Shown here one piece after another: positions 1 through 13,969 of a stretch of 64,000 nucleotides of DNA (positions are counted from its first letter, which is position 1; every line of letters starts with the position of its first letter). Source of the DNA: an uncultured delta proteobacterium. Lineage in GTDB: Bacteria > Myxococcota_A > Polyangia > Palsa-1104. The stretch spans positions 224,001 through 288,000 of the forward strand of contig CAWAWS010000016.1 of assembly GCA_963785725.1 (NCBI GenBank), given 5' to 3'. The translations under genes and the position numbers were made by a program. A model generated the notes under the pieces. The model ran no database searches and was not told the DNA's origin. It saw nothing but the letters and a program-made list of their open reading frames with translations.

Positions 1-444
1 CCGGAGGCCATCAAGTCCTCGAGGTGCGCCTCGAGCTCGTCGGGCAGTTTGAACCCGTCGGCGGCGAAGATCTTGATGCCGTTGTCCTCGATACGGGTTG
101 TGTGAGGCCGAGATGACGACGCCGGCGTCGGCGCGCATCGACGACGTGATGAAGGCGATGCCGGGCGTCGGCAAGCGGGCCGCAGAGCATGACGTCGGCG
201 CCCATCGAGCAGATGCCGGAGGCCAAGCGCGGTCTCGAACAGATAGCCCGATAGGCGCGTGTCCTTGCCGATGACGATGCGACCGCGACCGCTCTTGTGC
301 TTCGAGCGAAAGTGGTAGGCGACGGCGCGTCCGAGCCGCAGCGCCATCTCGGGCGTCATCGGATCGTACGTTGGCGACGCCACGAACGCCGTCGGTGCCG
401 AAGAGTTGGCGTTTGGCGGGCGGGGCTTTATCGGCAGCGGACAT
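1..444 (-). CDS. glmM: Phosphoglucosamine mutase, 5' part (runs off the window; several apparent 1-bp frameshifts)
   Basis: Manual translation from ATG at 444 gives [14 protein letters not shown]; shifted frames give [22 protein letters not shown] and VISASHNP (catalytic Ser loop). Lies downstream of cdaA-cdaR. Confidence 0.9.
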   Translation of the reverse strand, partial: MSAADKAPPAKRQLFGTDGVRGVANVRSDDARDGAAARTRRRLPLSLEAQERSRSHRHRQGHAPIGLSVRDRAWPPASARWAPTSCSAARLPTPGIAFITSSMRADAGVVISASHNPYRGQRHQDLRRRRVQTARRARGAPRGLDGLR

Positions 445-461
445 GGGCTCCTCGGGCGTGG

Positions 462-1392
462 TCAGTCGTGCTTGCGACGGGTTATAAGCATGGTCGTGTC
501 CGGCTGCACCTCGGCCGCGACGCCCGCCGGCAATCCGGTGACGGTGATATTGCGAACGTAGCGCGCCGGCGGCCGCGTATCGACGAGCGCCGCGTCGACC
601 TGCAGCCCCGGCTCGCCCAAGCCCTTGAGCAGCACCGACGGACCGCGCAGGATGAGCCGGCCGGCCGCCGGATCGACGGTCCCCTCCAGCCGCGTCAGGC
701 CGGTCACCGTGATCGGCACGGCGTCGAAGCTGCGCTCGACCATCGCCGGCATGATCTCGGCCGTCACGGTCACCGCCGTCGCGTCGACGAAGCGCGTATG
801 CAAGGGCGGCGGCTCGAGCGCGGCGCTGCCTTCGACCGGCCCGTGCGCATCGGCCACGCGCAAGGGCCGCGTGGGCGCGCGCAGCATGGCGTCGACCGCG
901 CTCTTGGCGCCGTCGATGCGCACGTGCGCCGGCGCGGCCGTCACTTTGGCGACGCGATAGCCCTCGCCCGGCTCGCCTTCGAGGATCGGCTGCACCGGGA
1001 TCTCGCGCGTCGCCCGCGGCTCGGTCGCGACATGCACCTCCGACGGCACGATCGACGCCACGCGCACGCCCGCCGGCACTTTGATCATGTCCTCGTCGAG
1101 GCGCACGTCGGGCGTCTGTACGCGGGTCAGGTCGATATGGATCGGCTCGAGCGCGCGATCGAGCCGCTGCAGCTTGCTCCACGGCCCGCGCACGCCCACT
1201 TTGACCTCGAGCGGCGGATCGGACACGAGCACGCGATCTTCGGGCAGCGTGTACACGACCTTGACGTAGGCGCCCGACGACGGCGTCCTTGTCGTTGCGC
1301 ACGAGCATGAACAGCGTCAACGCCAGCACCATCGACAGCACCTTGATCGGCAGCTCGTCGACGAATACGCGAACGAAAAAGGGGCGCGCCAT
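462..1392 (-). CDS. cdaR: CdaR/YbbR-like regulator of diadenylate cyclase (frameshift near 1270-1285 separates the N-terminal TM helix)
   Basis: ORF 462..1256 has YbbR-like repeats. The upstream frame from ATG 1392 gives [20 protein letters not shown], a typical CdaR anchor. Sits between cdaA and glmM. Confidence 0.8.
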
Positions 1393-1395
1393 CGG

Positions 1396-2448
1396 CTAGG
1401 ACTCGGCCGTCTTGGCCGCCTCGCGCGCGGCGGCGCGACCCTCGTCGCGATTCTCGTCGTGGGCGCCGGCGCCGGCGTCACGCGCGTCGGCGGCGTCGGC
1501 GGCGCCGCTGGCTCGCTCGCGCGTCGGCGCGGCGGCGTCGGCATCGGCTTCGACGCGCGCGGTGGCGAGCGGATCGGCCTCTTCCGGCGGCTGCGGACGC
1601 TCGAACGGCAGCGCCTCGAGCGCCGTCGGCACTTCGCGCTCCTTCGGCTTCGGCGTCGCTTTGCGCTTCTGCTTCTGGAAGAGGCCGAGCAGCGCCTTAC
1701 GCAGCGTCGGCGAGTCGAGATCGCGGGCGATGTTGCCGCCGAAGCACAGCGAAATCGAGCCGCGCTCCTCGGACACCACGACGACCACCGCGTCCGTCTC
1801 CTCGGTCACGCCGATGGCCGCGCGATGACGCGTGCCGAGCGCCTTGTCGAGCCGCGCGTTGGCCGACAGCGGCAACACCGCGCCCGCCTGCGCGATGCGC
1901 AGGTTCTTGATGATGACCGCGCCGTCGTGCAGCTTGTTCTCGGAGTCGGGCAGGAACAGCGAAACCAGCAGCTCCTCGGACACCTTGGCGTCCATCTCGA
2001 CGCCCGACTCGTTCAGGTAGTCGACCAGATCGGCGTCGCGCTCGAGCACGATGAGCGCGCCGACGCGCGAGGTCGCCAGCCGCTCCGTCGCCTTGATGAC
2101 CTCTTCGAACACCGAGGTCTGCTCGTACGGTCGCGCATAGATGAACAGGTTCTGGCCGACGCGCATGAGCCCGCGGCGAATGTCATGCTGGAAGATGACG
2201 ATGAAGAAGATGATCGAATAATTGATCAGGTTATCGAGCAGCCAAGACAGCGTCGTCAGCTCGAGCAGCTTGGCCGCGAAGAAGCCGGCACCGACGAGCA
2301 CGATGCCGATCAGCATCTGCGCCGCGCGCGTGCCTTTGATGAGCAAGAGCGTGCGATAGATGACGTAGTAGACGATGAGGATGTCGAAGGCTGCCGTCAG
2401 CCACTCGCGCACCGTCAGGCTATGCAAGAGCGACTTCAGCGCGTGCAC
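1396..2448 (-). CDS. cdaA: Diadenylate cyclase CdaA (3 TM + DAC domain)
   Basis: Three N-terminal hydrophobic helices; LHDGAVII and LGTRHRAAIG DAC motifs; VVVSEERG. Confidence 0.95.
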   Translation of the reverse strand: MHALKSLLHSLTVREWLTAAFDILIVYYVIYRTLLLIKGTRAAQMLIGIVLVGAGFFAAKLLELTTLSWLLDNLINYSIIFFIVIFQHDIRRGLMRVGQNLFIYARPYEQTSVFEEVIKATERLATSRVGALIVLERDADLVDYLNESGVEMDAKVSEELLVSLFLPDSENKLHDGAVIIKNLRIAQAGAVLPLSANARLDKALGTRHRAAIGVTEETDAVVVVVSEERGSISLCFGGNIARDLDSPTLRKALLGLFQKQKRKATPKPKEREVPTALEALPFERPQPPEEADPLATARVEADADAAAPTRERASGAADAADARDAGAGAHDENRDEGRAAAREAAKTAES

Positions 2449-3287
2449 GACGCCCTCTTGATCGCGTCGGCGACGATGACGGCGTCGCGTTGGCGGGCGA
2501 CGTCGTGGACGCGGACGACGTTGGCGCCATGCAAGACGGCGGCGGTGTCGGCGGCGGCGGTCGCGAATTCGCGCTCGCCGACGTCGCGGCCGGTGAGCCG
2601 GCCGAGGAACGACTTGCGCGACGCGCCGACGACGATGGGACAGCCGAGCGCGCGCAGCTCGCCGAGACGCGCCAGCAGCGTGACGTTGTGCGCCGCGTGT
2701 TTGGCGAAGCCGAGGCCGGGATCGACGAGGAGCCGCTCGCGCGCGATGCCGGCGGCGACGGCGATGTCGATACGATGGGTGAGCTCGGCCAGCACGTCGC
2801 GCGTTACGTCGCCGTAGTCGGCGCGATCGTTCATGTCGGCGGGCGTGCCGCGCAGGTGACCGATGACGAAGGCGGCGCCCGTCTGCGCGACGACGCGCAA
2901 GATGTCGGCGTCGAGCGCGCCGCCGGCGACGTCGTTGACGATCTCGGCGCCGGCCGCGATCGCCGCCGCCGCGACGGTGGACTTGCTGGTGTCGATGGAG
3001 ACGACGCCGCGCTCGGCCAGCGCGCGCACCACCGGCGCGACGCGCGCCACCTCGGCGTCAGCCGCCACCGCCGCCGCGCCCGGCCGCGTCGACTCGCCGC
3101 CGACGTCGACGATGTCGGCGCCGTCGGCGAACAGCGCAAAGCCGTGGCGAATGGCCGCGTCGGCATCGCCGGCGAAGGCGCCACCGTCGGAGAACGAATC
3201 GGGCGTCACGTTGACCACGCCCATTAGATACGTCCGTCCCCAGTCGAACGTCGCCCGCCGAAATTCAAGCGGACGCAACTCGACCAT
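2436..3287 (-). CDS. folP: Dihydropteroate synthase
   Basis: MGVVNVTPDSFSDGG, DVGGESTRPG, DPGLGFAK, GASRKSF, VRVHDV. Confidence 0.97.
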   Translation of the reverse strand: MVELRPLEFRRATFDWGRTYLMGVVNVTPDSFSDGGAFAGDADAAIRHGFALFADGADIVDVGGESTRPGAAAVAADAEVARVAPVVRALAERGVVSIDTSKSTVAAAAIAAGAEIVNDVAGGALDADILRVVAQTGAAFVIGHLRGTPADMNDRADYGDVTRDVLAELTHRIDIAVAAGIARERLLVDPGLGFAKHAAHNVTLLARLGELRALGCPIVVGASRKSFLGRLTGRDVGEREFATAAADTAAVLHGANVVRVHDVARQRDAVIVADAIKRASCTR

Positions 3288-3384
3288 GGGATGACCTCCG
3301 AATTTAAGCGGTAAGAAAACCTTCTTTACTGTAGGTCGCGAAATAACCGGAGGGAAACAAAAAACGTGAAGGTTTACGCCTTCG

Positions 3385-5320
<1,936 letters not shown>

Positions 5321-5362
5321 AGTGACCTCTCTTCTTCTCACAGGGGCAAAGGCGAGCATTCA

Positions 5363-6649
5363 TTATTGCACAGCACCTTTGCCAGTCAATCGAAGGCCTT
5401 GCACCCACATCACGTCGCTGCCGCGCGCCAACACCGGCGTGCGGGCGCGCTCGGGCCGAGGGACCTTGGCGTCGACCAACACATCTTGCAGCTTGCGCCT
5501 ACGCATGCGATCGCCGGGACGCACGTGCCGCAACGTCAGCGGCGCCGAGCCCAGCGCTTCATACAGACCGCTACTGACTTCGATAGGCATTTCCTCCAGA
5601 AGGTAAAGCCCGGCAGCGCCAACCGCCACCTCCAGTGTAACGTTGGACGCCGATTTTTCGGACTGCGCGCCGAATTGCAGCCGGTCGTAGCGGCGCTCGG
5701 CGGTGCGCGCGCCGGGCAGATCGAGCGAACGCGTGCCGCGACGGTCCGCGCACAGCCGTGCCAGCGCCGCCACGTGCACGGCGCCGAGCGGAACGGTCGC
5801 GGCGCGCCCGACGACACGGGCAAACAGCGCCTCCGGCAGCGCCGCCAGCGCCGCCGCGTCGAGGCTGCCGTCGGCGGCGCATAGGTGTTCATAGGCGTCG
5901 GCGGCGATGGTGTCTAGCGCGTCGGCCTCGGCGCGCAGGCGGTCGCAGGTCTCGGCCAGCGCGCGATCGACGTCGGGCCGCTCGCGCCGCAAGAGCGGCA
6001 GCACCTCGTGACGCATGCGGCTCCGGCGATAGTGCAGGTCCTCGTTCGTCGGATCGCGCACGACGTGCAAATTACGCGCGCGCACATAGTGCTCGACCTC
6101 GTCGCGCGCCACCGACAAGAGCGGCCGCGCCAGCACCAGATCGCCGGTCGCGTCGACGTAGCGCTCGCGCGCCATCGCGCCCAAGCCGCGCACGCCCGCG
6201 CCACGCACCAGCCTGTCGAGCAGCGTCTCCGCCTGATCCGTCGCCGTGTGCGCCACCGCGATGCCCCCCGCACCCACGCGCCTGGCCTCCGCCGTCAGCG
6301 CGTCATAACGAGCGCGGCGGGCAGCGGCCATCGAACGTTTGGGAAGATGCACACGCAAAACGGTCGCCGCAATGCCTCGCCGCAACACTGCTGACACCAC
6401 GGTGGCAGCTTCATCGGCGGATGCTGCCCGCAGACCATGATCGACCGACGCCACCTGCAATTCGAGCCCGTTCGTTGCTGCCAAGGCTTCCAGCGCGTCG
6501 AGGAGCGCCGTCGAATCGGGGCCGCCCGAACAGGCGACGAGCCAGCGCCGCCCGGCCTTTTGCGCCAGCGGACGGGAGAGCGCGAGCGCGACCTCGCGCC
6601 GCAGCCCGGCGATGGGATCGTGGCGATCCCTGCGCTCCTTCGGGGCCAT
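5363..6649 (-). CDS. tilS: tRNA(Ile)-lysidine synthetase
   Basis: VACSGGPDS PP-loop, VDHGLR, AHTATDQAET, RPLL, DPTN; canonical tilS-ftsH order. Confidence 0.95.
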   Translation of the reverse strand: MAPKERRDRHDPIAGLRREVALALSRPLAQKAGRRWLVACSGGPDSTALLDALEALAATNGLELQVASVDHGLRAASADEAATVVSAVLRRGIAATVLRVHLPKRSMAAARRARYDALTAEARRVGAGGIAVAHTATDQAETLLDRLVRGAGVRGLGAMARERYVDATGDLVLARPLLSVARDEVEHYVRARNLHVVRDPTNEDLHYRRSRMRHEVLPLLRRERPDVDRALAETCDRLRAEADALDTIAADAYEHLCAADGSLDAAALAALPEALFARVVGRAATVPLGAVHVAALARLCADRRGTRSLDLPGARTAERRYDRLQFGAQSEKSASNVTLEVAVGAAGLYLLEEMPIEVSSGLYEALGSAPLTLRHVRPGDRMRRRKLQDVLVDAKVPRPERARTPVLARGSDVMWVQGLRLTGKGAVQ

Positions 6650-7774
6650 CTACGCGACGATACGCCGGGTCCGGCGCGCATACCACGCGGCGCACGCCGT
6701 CGCGGCCAGCGCCGCCACTGCCGCGCAGCGATAAAGCAGGCAGCCGCCGCCGGCGTCGAGCAGCGCGCCGGTGACGTTCATGCCGACGAGCGCGCCCAAG
6801 CCGAGCGCGGCGGCCAGGAGGCCTTGGGCGGCGGTCGGCGCGTGATGCCCGCGCTCGCGCACCAGCGTCACGGCGGCGACCCAAAAGAGGCCGAACGTGA
6901 CGCCGTGGAGCGGCTGCAGACACAAGATCGCCGTCGCCGACGTGACATACGAGAGGAGGAGCCAGCGCACGACCGCCGTCGCGAACGCCAGCGTCAACAG
7001 CTGCGCTGCGCCGATGCGCGCGATGATGCGCGACGACAATGCCATGAGCGCGATCTCGGCGGCGACGCCGATGGCCCAGGCGACACCGACGAAGCGGCCG
7101 GCAAAGCCGAGCCGCGCCAGGTGCAGCGAGAAGCCGGAGTCGTAAGCGGCCGTGGCCAACTGACCGAAGACGATGGCGGCGAAGAAGATCCACCAGTCGG
7201 CGCTATCGAGGAGCGCGAGCCAGGCGCCGACGACCGGGCGATGGGCGACGGGCGGCGCCGGCATGACCCAGGCGCAGACGGCGCACAGCGCGGTCGCCTG
7301 GGCCGCGGCGGCGACGATCGACGTCGGCCCCACGCGCTCGAGCAGGACGCCGCCGAGCGCAACAGCGACGAGAAAACCGAGCGAGCCCCACAAGCGCAGC
7401 CGACCATAGCTGCCGCCGTGACGCCGCACGTACTCGAGCGCCACCGCGTCGCTGAGCGGAATCAAGGGCGAGCGAAACAGCGCGAAAGCGATCGTCGTCC
7501 CATAGAGCGCGAGACGGGTGTGCGCGAAGAAGAAGCCCAAGAAAGCGACGAACGTCAGGAGCGAGCAGCCGCGCAGGAGCCAGACGCGGGCACGACGCGC
7601 GTCGGCCCACAAGCCGAACAGCGGCGGCGCCAGCAGCGACATGAGCGGCGTCATGGCCAGGATGCGCGTGGCTTCCGTCGCCGTCAGCCCTTGACCGACG
7701 AGCCACAACGAGAAATAGGGCAGAAAAACGCCGAGCGCCGCGAAGAAGCCGAAATAATAGAGCGCCACCAACAT
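6650..7774 (-). CDS. MFS transporter (HcaT/MFS_1_like type)
   Basis: About 12 hydrophobic segments; YGRLRLWGSLGF and LQPLHGVTFGLF motifs. Confidence 0.85.
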   Translation of the reverse strand: MLVALYYFGFFAALGVFLPYFSLWLVGQGLTATEATRILAMTPLMSLLAPPLFGLWADARRARVWLLRGCSLLTFVAFLGFFFAHTRLALYGTTIAFALFRSPLIPLSDAVALEYVRRHGGSYGRLRLWGSLGFLVAVALGGVLLERVGPTSIVAAAAQATALCAVCAWVMPAPPVAHRPVVGAWLALLDSADWWIFFAAIVFGQLATAAYDSGFSLHLARLGFAGRFVGVAWAIGVAAEIALMALSSRIIARIGAAQLLTLAFATAVVRWLLLSYVTSATAILCLQPLHGVTFGLFWVAAVTLVRERGHHAPTAAQGLLAAALGLGALVGMNVTGALLDAGGGCLLYRCAAVAALAATACAAWYARRTRRIVA

Positions 7775-7799
7775 CGGAAAGCGGTGCAGACTAGCATGC

Positions 7800-7828
7800 T
7801 TGACGAGAGACGGCTCCCTACTTAGCGT
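7800..7828 (+). promoter_or_regulatory. sigma70-type promoter, probably leaderless, for the gene at 7837
   Basis: TTGACG (7800-7805), 17 bp spacer, TAGCGT (7823-7828), then 8 nt to ATG with no Shine-Dalgarno. Confidence 0.55.
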
Positions 7829-7836
7829 GCGGCTTC

Positions 7837-9120
7837 ATGGCTGAATCCGACGAAAGCATCATTCCGCTCAGTCGCTGGCGCGCGGCGTTGGCGCGGGCGC
7901 GTCGCGGCCACAAGGCCGACGCCATCTTGAGCGAGCCCGACGCGGCGCAGCTCGTGCCGCGCTTGCCGGTGCAGGATCTCTTCTACGCCATCAAAGAAGT
8001 GGGCCTCGCCGACGCGCAGGAGTTGGTGGCGCTGGCGACGCCGGAGCAGCTGCAAGGCTTCGTCGATCTCGACGTCTGGGATCGCGATCAGATCGACGAA
8101 GTGCGCGTCAACGCCTGGATGGAGACGCTCGCCGACGCCGGCTTCGAGACGCTCGGCAAAGCCGTCGAAGTCATGGACTCGGAAGTGATCGCGCTGTGGA
8201 TTCAGCGGCAAGCGGTCGTCTACGACTTGACGATCGAGCAGCCGCCCGACGAGCCGCAAGGCCACTACTTTCCGACGCCCGATCGCTTCTTCCTGCTCGA
8301 CATCATCGTCGGTGAAGAGGACGGCAAGGCGCTCGAGCGCTGCATCGATTGGATCTATCGCTTCGACATCGAGCTCGGCCGCCGCGTCATCATGAGCGCG
8401 AAATGGGAGCTCGCCTCCGACCTCGAGGAGCACGCCTATCGCTGGCGCGCCGGTCGCATGGCCGACATGGGCTACGTCGACTTCTACGAGGCGCTCTCCA
8501 TCTATAGATACCTCGATCCGACGACGGTGCATGCGGACGAGCACACGATCCAAGCCTCGCCGCCGGCGACTCCGACCGAGCTGCCCGCGGTCTTGGCCGG
8601 CGCGCTCGACGAGGCCGGCTTCTTCGGCAGGGCGCTGGCGACGCTGCCGTCCGACGCCGACGTCGAGCGGCTGCACGCGTCGCTGCTCCTGCTCGTCAAC
8701 AAGGCGATGGCCGCCGACCTCGTGCCGCCCGGCGACACCGACGCGGGCAAGGTCGCGCTCGTACGCGCCGTGGCCTATCTCGGCCTCGGGCTCGAGTTCC
8801 TGTCGCGCGGTGACGTGGCGCGCGCCGGGCTGGCGCTGTCGTCGGTGGCGCTCGAGCGGCTGTTCCGGCTCGGCTTCTCGCTCACGGTGCAGCTCAAGAC
8901 GCTGGCCGACACGCTCGTCACCAAAGGCGGCGTCGATCCGATCGCGCTCGAGACGCCCTGGGACGACGTGTTACGCGCGTTGCGTCAGCGTCGCCCAGAG
9001 TTTCCGCGTAGCCTCGACGACAAGCCAGTCGAAGGAAATCGCCCGTTTCAGACGCTAGCGGACGTGGCCAAGGCAGCGTCGGCCATCGAAAAGATCGCCA
9101 CCATGCGACCTCGGGAATAG
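7837..9120 (+). CDS. Conserved hypothetical protein, DUF6178-like
   Basis: IKEVGLADAQELVALATPEQLQGFVDLDVW and LEEHAYRWRAGRMADMGY resemble the deltaproteobacterial DUF6178 family. Confidence 0.7.
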   Translation: MAESDESIIPLSRWRAALARARRGHKADAILSEPDAAQLVPRLPVQDLFYAIKEVGLADAQELVALATPEQLQGFVDLDVWDRDQIDEVRVNAWMETLADAGFETLGKAVEVMDSEVIALWIQRQAVVYDLTIEQPPDEPQGHYFPTPDRFFLLDIIVGEEDGKALERCIDWIYRFDIELGRRVIMSAKWELASDLEEHAYRWRAGRMADMGYVDFYEALSIYRYLDPTTVHADEHTIQASPPATPTELPAVLAGALDEAGFFGRALATLPSDADVERLHASLLLLVNKAMAADLVPPGDTDAGKVALVRAVAYLGLGLEFLSRGDVARAGLALSSVALERLFRLGFSLTVQLKTLADTLVTKGGVDPIALETPWDDVLRALRQRRPEFPRSLDDKPVEGNRPFQTLADVAKAASAIEKIATMRPRE

Positions 9121-9183
9121 CTTGCGAAGGCCGTCTGTTCGGCGCTACAAAAATCGGCGCCAAAGGTAGGGAGTATTCCGTTC

Positions 9184-10173
<990 letters not shown>

Positions 10174-10175
10174 CG

Positions 10176-10886
10176 ATGCGCAATACCCTGACCATCGCCA
10201 AACGAGAGTTCGGCGCCTACTTCAACTCGCCCATTCCGTACGTGTTGGTGGCGGGTTTCGTGGGGCTGAGCGGCATCTTGTATTTCCGCGATCTGTTCGT
10301 GAGCCGGCAGGCCGACATGCGGCAGTTCTTCTCGCTCTTGCCGCTGCTGTTCGCGATCCTCGTGCCGATGCTGACGATGCGGCTCATCGCCGAAGAGCGT
10401 CGTGAAGGCACGCTCGAGCTGCTGCTGACGATGCCGGTGAGCGACACGCAGCTCGTCATCGGCAAGTTCCTGTCGGCGCTCGGCGTCACGGCCGTGATGC
10501 TCGGGCTCACCCTCGCCTTCCCGATCACCGTCGCCGGCCTCGGGCCGCTCGACAAAGGCTCGACGACGGCCGGCTACATCGGCGGCCTGCTCATGGGTGG
10601 CGCCTTCTGCAGCATCGGCGTCATGGCCTCGGCGTTGACGCGCAATCAGATGCTCGCCGCCATCGTCGCCTTCCTCATCAACCTGAGCCTGCTCGCCTGC
10701 GACATGCTGGCGCGCATCTCCGGTCCGACGTTGGGGCCGATCTTGTCGACGATCGGAATCGGTACGCACTTCAACAACATCGCGCGCGGCGTCATCGATA
10801 CGCGCGACGTCCTCTACTACCTGTCGATCATTTCGGGCTGCCTCCTCGTGTCGCAGACGGCGCTCGATAGCCGGAGGTGGCGCTGA
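10176..10886 (+). CDS. ABC-2 permease (GldF-like)
   Basis: REFGAYFNSPIPY, TMRLIAEERREGTLELLLT, six TM helices. Confidence 0.9.
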   Translation: MRNTLTIAKREFGAYFNSPIPYVLVAGFVGLSGILYFRDLFVSRQADMRQFFSLLPLLFAILVPMLTMRLIAEERREGTLELLLTMPVSDTQLVIGKFLSALGVTAVMLGLTLAFPITVAGLGPLDKGSTTAGYIGGLLMGGAFCSIGVMASALTRNQMLAAIVAFLINLSLLACDMLARISGPTLGPILSTIGIGTHFNNIARGVIDTRDVLYYLSIISGCLLVSQTALDSRRWR

Positions 10887-12580
10887 TGGCTACGGAACGC
10901 TCGAAGACCAAGACTGGCGCCAATGCCGTGCTGTTCGCGGCGTTGGTCATCGCCGGCATCATCCTCTTCAACATCGCCCTCTATAAGAAGGGCTTCAAGC
11001 GCGTCGACTTCACGGCCGATCACGTCTACACGCTGTCGCAGCCGTCGAAGGATCTGGTGGCCAAGCTGCCCGATCAGCTGACGGTCAAGGCGTTCATCTC
11101 GAACGACTTGCAGCCGCCGTTCTCGCAGACGGCGCAGTACGTGCGCGACATGCTCGACGAGTACGCGCACGCCAACAAAGACGGCAAGTTCAAGTGGGAA
11201 GCGATCGATCCGGGCGAGGACTCGAAGCTCGAAGAAGAGGCGACCAAGCTCAAAGTGCCGAAGAATCGGCGCGGTCGCGTCAGCAACAACAAGGTCGAGA
11301 TCGGCACGAGCTACCTCGGCATCGCCTTCCAATATCAGGGCAACATCGAGTCGATCCCCGAGATCAACGCGACCGAGGGGCTCGAGTATTCGATCGACAA
11401 GATCATCCGCCTGCTGACGCAGAAGAAGACGAAGATCGCGGTGGCGGCGTCGGAGGGTGAGCTGTCGACGCAAGGTCAGCAAGGTCAGCCGGGCGGCCTG
11501 TCCTACTTGAAGCAGAGCGCCGACTTCTTCGATCTCGTGCCGGTCAAGCTGAACGAAGGCGCCAAGCCGATCCCCGACGACGCGGTGGCGCTCATCATCG
11601 CCGGGCCGAAGCAGCCGTTCACCGATCGCTCGAAGTTCGTCATCGACCAGTTTCTGATGAAGGGCAAGTCGGTGGCCTTCTTCGTCGACGGCATGATCCT
11701 CGAGCAGCCGCAGCAGCAGATGAAGATTCCGGGCCAGGCGGAGACGCCGCGCATCGGCCGCAAGAACGACACCGGCCTCGATGACCTGCTCGGCAGCTAC
11801 GGCTTCGCCATTCACGACGACTACGTCATGGAGCCGATCAAGAACGTCGTCGGCCCGATTCCCGTCGCTGGGCAGATGCAGGGCGCGAACTATCCGGCGT
11901 TCCTCGCGACCGACACGATCGCCAAGTCGAGCCAGATCTTGGAGGGCTTGCCGCTCCTGATTCTGCCGTGGTCGTCGTCGGTGGAGCTGCTCAAGGACAA
12001 GCAGGCCGGGCTCGTCATCACCGAGCTGGCGACGTCGTCGGACAAGTCGTGGCGGCAAAAGGGCTTCTTCTTGTTCAACCCCGAGCTGCCGTTGAAGCCG
12101 AGCGACGAGCGCGGTCCGTTCCCGCTGGCGTACGCGGCCGAGGGCAAGTTCAAGTCGTTCTACGCCGGCAAGCCGCATCCCGACGACAAGGGCGTGATGG
12201 TGCCGCCGGGCGACAAGAACGTGTCGCTGCCGCCGGGCACCGAAGTGGCGATCGATCAGGCAGAGCAGCCGGGTCGGCTGCTCGTCGTCGGCAGCTCGAC
12301 GTGGGTGAGCGATCAGAACATCGGGCTCATTCGCTACGTGCAGTCGTATCAGGTCGATCTCATGCTCGGCCTGAACTCGCTCGATTGGCTGGCGCAAGAT
12401 CGCGCGCTGTCGACGGTGCGCAACAAGTCGATGACGCAGCGGCCGATCGCGCTCTCGTCGGACACGACGCCGGGCGTGCTGGAGGCGATCAACGTCGGGC
12501 TGGTTCCGCTGATGTTCCTGCTGTTCGGTGTCGGCCGTTGGCGGTTGCGTAAAGCGCGTCGCGCCCAGGCCAAGCTCTAG
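10886..12580 (+). CDS. GldG-family ABC transporter auxiliary protein
   Basis: RVDFTADHVYTLS, LIIAGPKQPF, LNSLDWL, C-terminal TM; start overlaps the permease stop. Confidence 0.85.
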   Translation: MATERSKTKTGANAVLFAALVIAGIILFNIALYKKGFKRVDFTADHVYTLSQPSKDLVAKLPDQLTVKAFISNDLQPPFSQTAQYVRDMLDEYAHANKDGKFKWEAIDPGEDSKLEEEATKLKVPKNRRGRVSNNKVEIGTSYLGIAFQYQGNIESIPEINATEGLEYSIDKIIRLLTQKKTKIAVAASEGELSTQGQQGQPGGLSYLKQSADFFDLVPVKLNEGAKPIPDDAVALIIAGPKQPFTDRSKFVIDQFLMKGKSVAFFVDGMILEQPQQQMKIPGQAETPRIGRKNDTGLDDLLGSYGFAIHDDYVMEPIKNVVGPIPVAGQMQGANYPAFLATDTIAKSSQILEGLPLLILPWSSSVELLKDKQAGLVITELATSSDKSWRQKGFFLFNPELPLKPSDERGPFPLAYAAEGKFKSFYAGKPHPDDKGVMVPPGDKNVSLPPGTEVAIDQAEQPGRLLVVGSSTWVSDQNIGLIRYVQSYQVDLMLGLNSLDWLAQDRALSTVRNKSMTQRPIALSSDTTPGVLEAINVGLVPLMFLLFGVGRWRLRKARRAQAKL

Positions 12581-12615
12581 TCGCAACTCCCGATCCAGAT
12601 ACGAGGCACGAGACG

Positions 12616-13969
12616 ATGGAAAAACGAACGTTGTACGCGCTCCTCGCGGTGCTGGCCGTGGGCGCGCTGGTGTTGGTCGTGCAGCGCTCGCCGGAAAAGG
12701 GGCAGCGCAAAGGGCCGCCGCCGCGGCCGGTGCCCGAGCTCAAGGTCGATCAGAATCGCCAAGCTCGAGCTGACCAACGAGAAGCAGGAGCACACGACGC
12801 TGGAGAAAGCTTCGGCGACGGAGTGGCGCGTCAAGCAGCCGGGCGATTGGAAGGCCGATCAGTCGGGCATCAAGCAGCTGCTCGACGCCATCGGCAAGCT
12901 CGGCTTCGCCGACACGGTGACCGAGAGCGTCGAGAAGCACGCCGAGCTCGGCGTGGCCGACGGCAAAGGCGCGCATCTCGTCGTCAAAGACGCGGGCGGC
13001 AAGGCGCTGGCCGACTTGCTCATCGGCAAGAGCGTCGGCGGCTTCACGATGGTGCGCGTCGCCGGCAAGAACGAGGTGTGGCAGGCGACGGGGATCTTCC
13101 CGTACACCATCGCGCGCGAGCCGAAGGCTTGGCGCGACCACACGATCTTCGACTTCGCGGCGGCGGACGTGGACAAGCTGACGGTGGAATCGCCCGGGCA
13201 GAAGCTGGTGCTCGAGAAGCTGCCGGCGGACAAGGACAAGCCGAACGACGCGCAGTGGAAGATCGTCGAGTCCCAAGGCGCGGCGCCGAAAGCGGGCGAC
13301 GTGCTCGACATGCACCAGGCGACGGCGACGGCGCAGGGCTTGGCGAGCTTGCACGCGGCCGATTTCGCCGACGACAAGAAGAAGGACGACGTCATCGGCA
13401 AAGGCGAGGCGATGACGTTGACGGCGATGGCCAAAGGTCAGGCGCACACGCTCTATGTCGGCGAGCCCAAAGGCGACGATTTGTATCTCGCGACCGCCGA
13501 TCAGCCGACGGTGTTCACGATCAAGAAGTACTCGCTCGATCGCATCGCGCGCCGGCCGGTCGACTTCCGCGACAAGACGTTGGCGAAGGTCAAAGTGGCG
13601 GATCTCGCGTCGCTGGAGATCACCAACGGCACCGAGACGACGACGCTGACGCAGAAGGACGGCAAGTGGACGGCGGCCAAAGGCACCGTCGACGACGCCA
13701 AGGTCAAGCCGGTCGTCTCGGCGTTCGAGAACTTCCAGGCCGACGGCTTCTCCGACGAGCGCGACGCGGCCAAGACCGGCCTCGGCAAGCCGACCGGCCA
13801 GGTCGTCGTGCGCGGCAAGGACAAGCAGACGATCACGATCAAAGTCGGCGCCGCGACGAAGGACGGCGACTATTACGTCACCAAAGTCGGCTCGCCCGAT
13901 GTCTTCCGCGTCAAGAAGTACGCCGTCGACCGCTGGCTCAAGAAGCCGGCCGACCTCACCAAGAAGTAG
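12616..13969 (+). CDS. DUF4340-domain protein (frameshift near 12752)
   Basis: N-terminal anchor in ORF 12616; removing one A near 12752 joins it to ORF 12917..13969, which has repeated DUF4340-like units. Usual fourth gene of GldAFG operons. Confidence 0.8.
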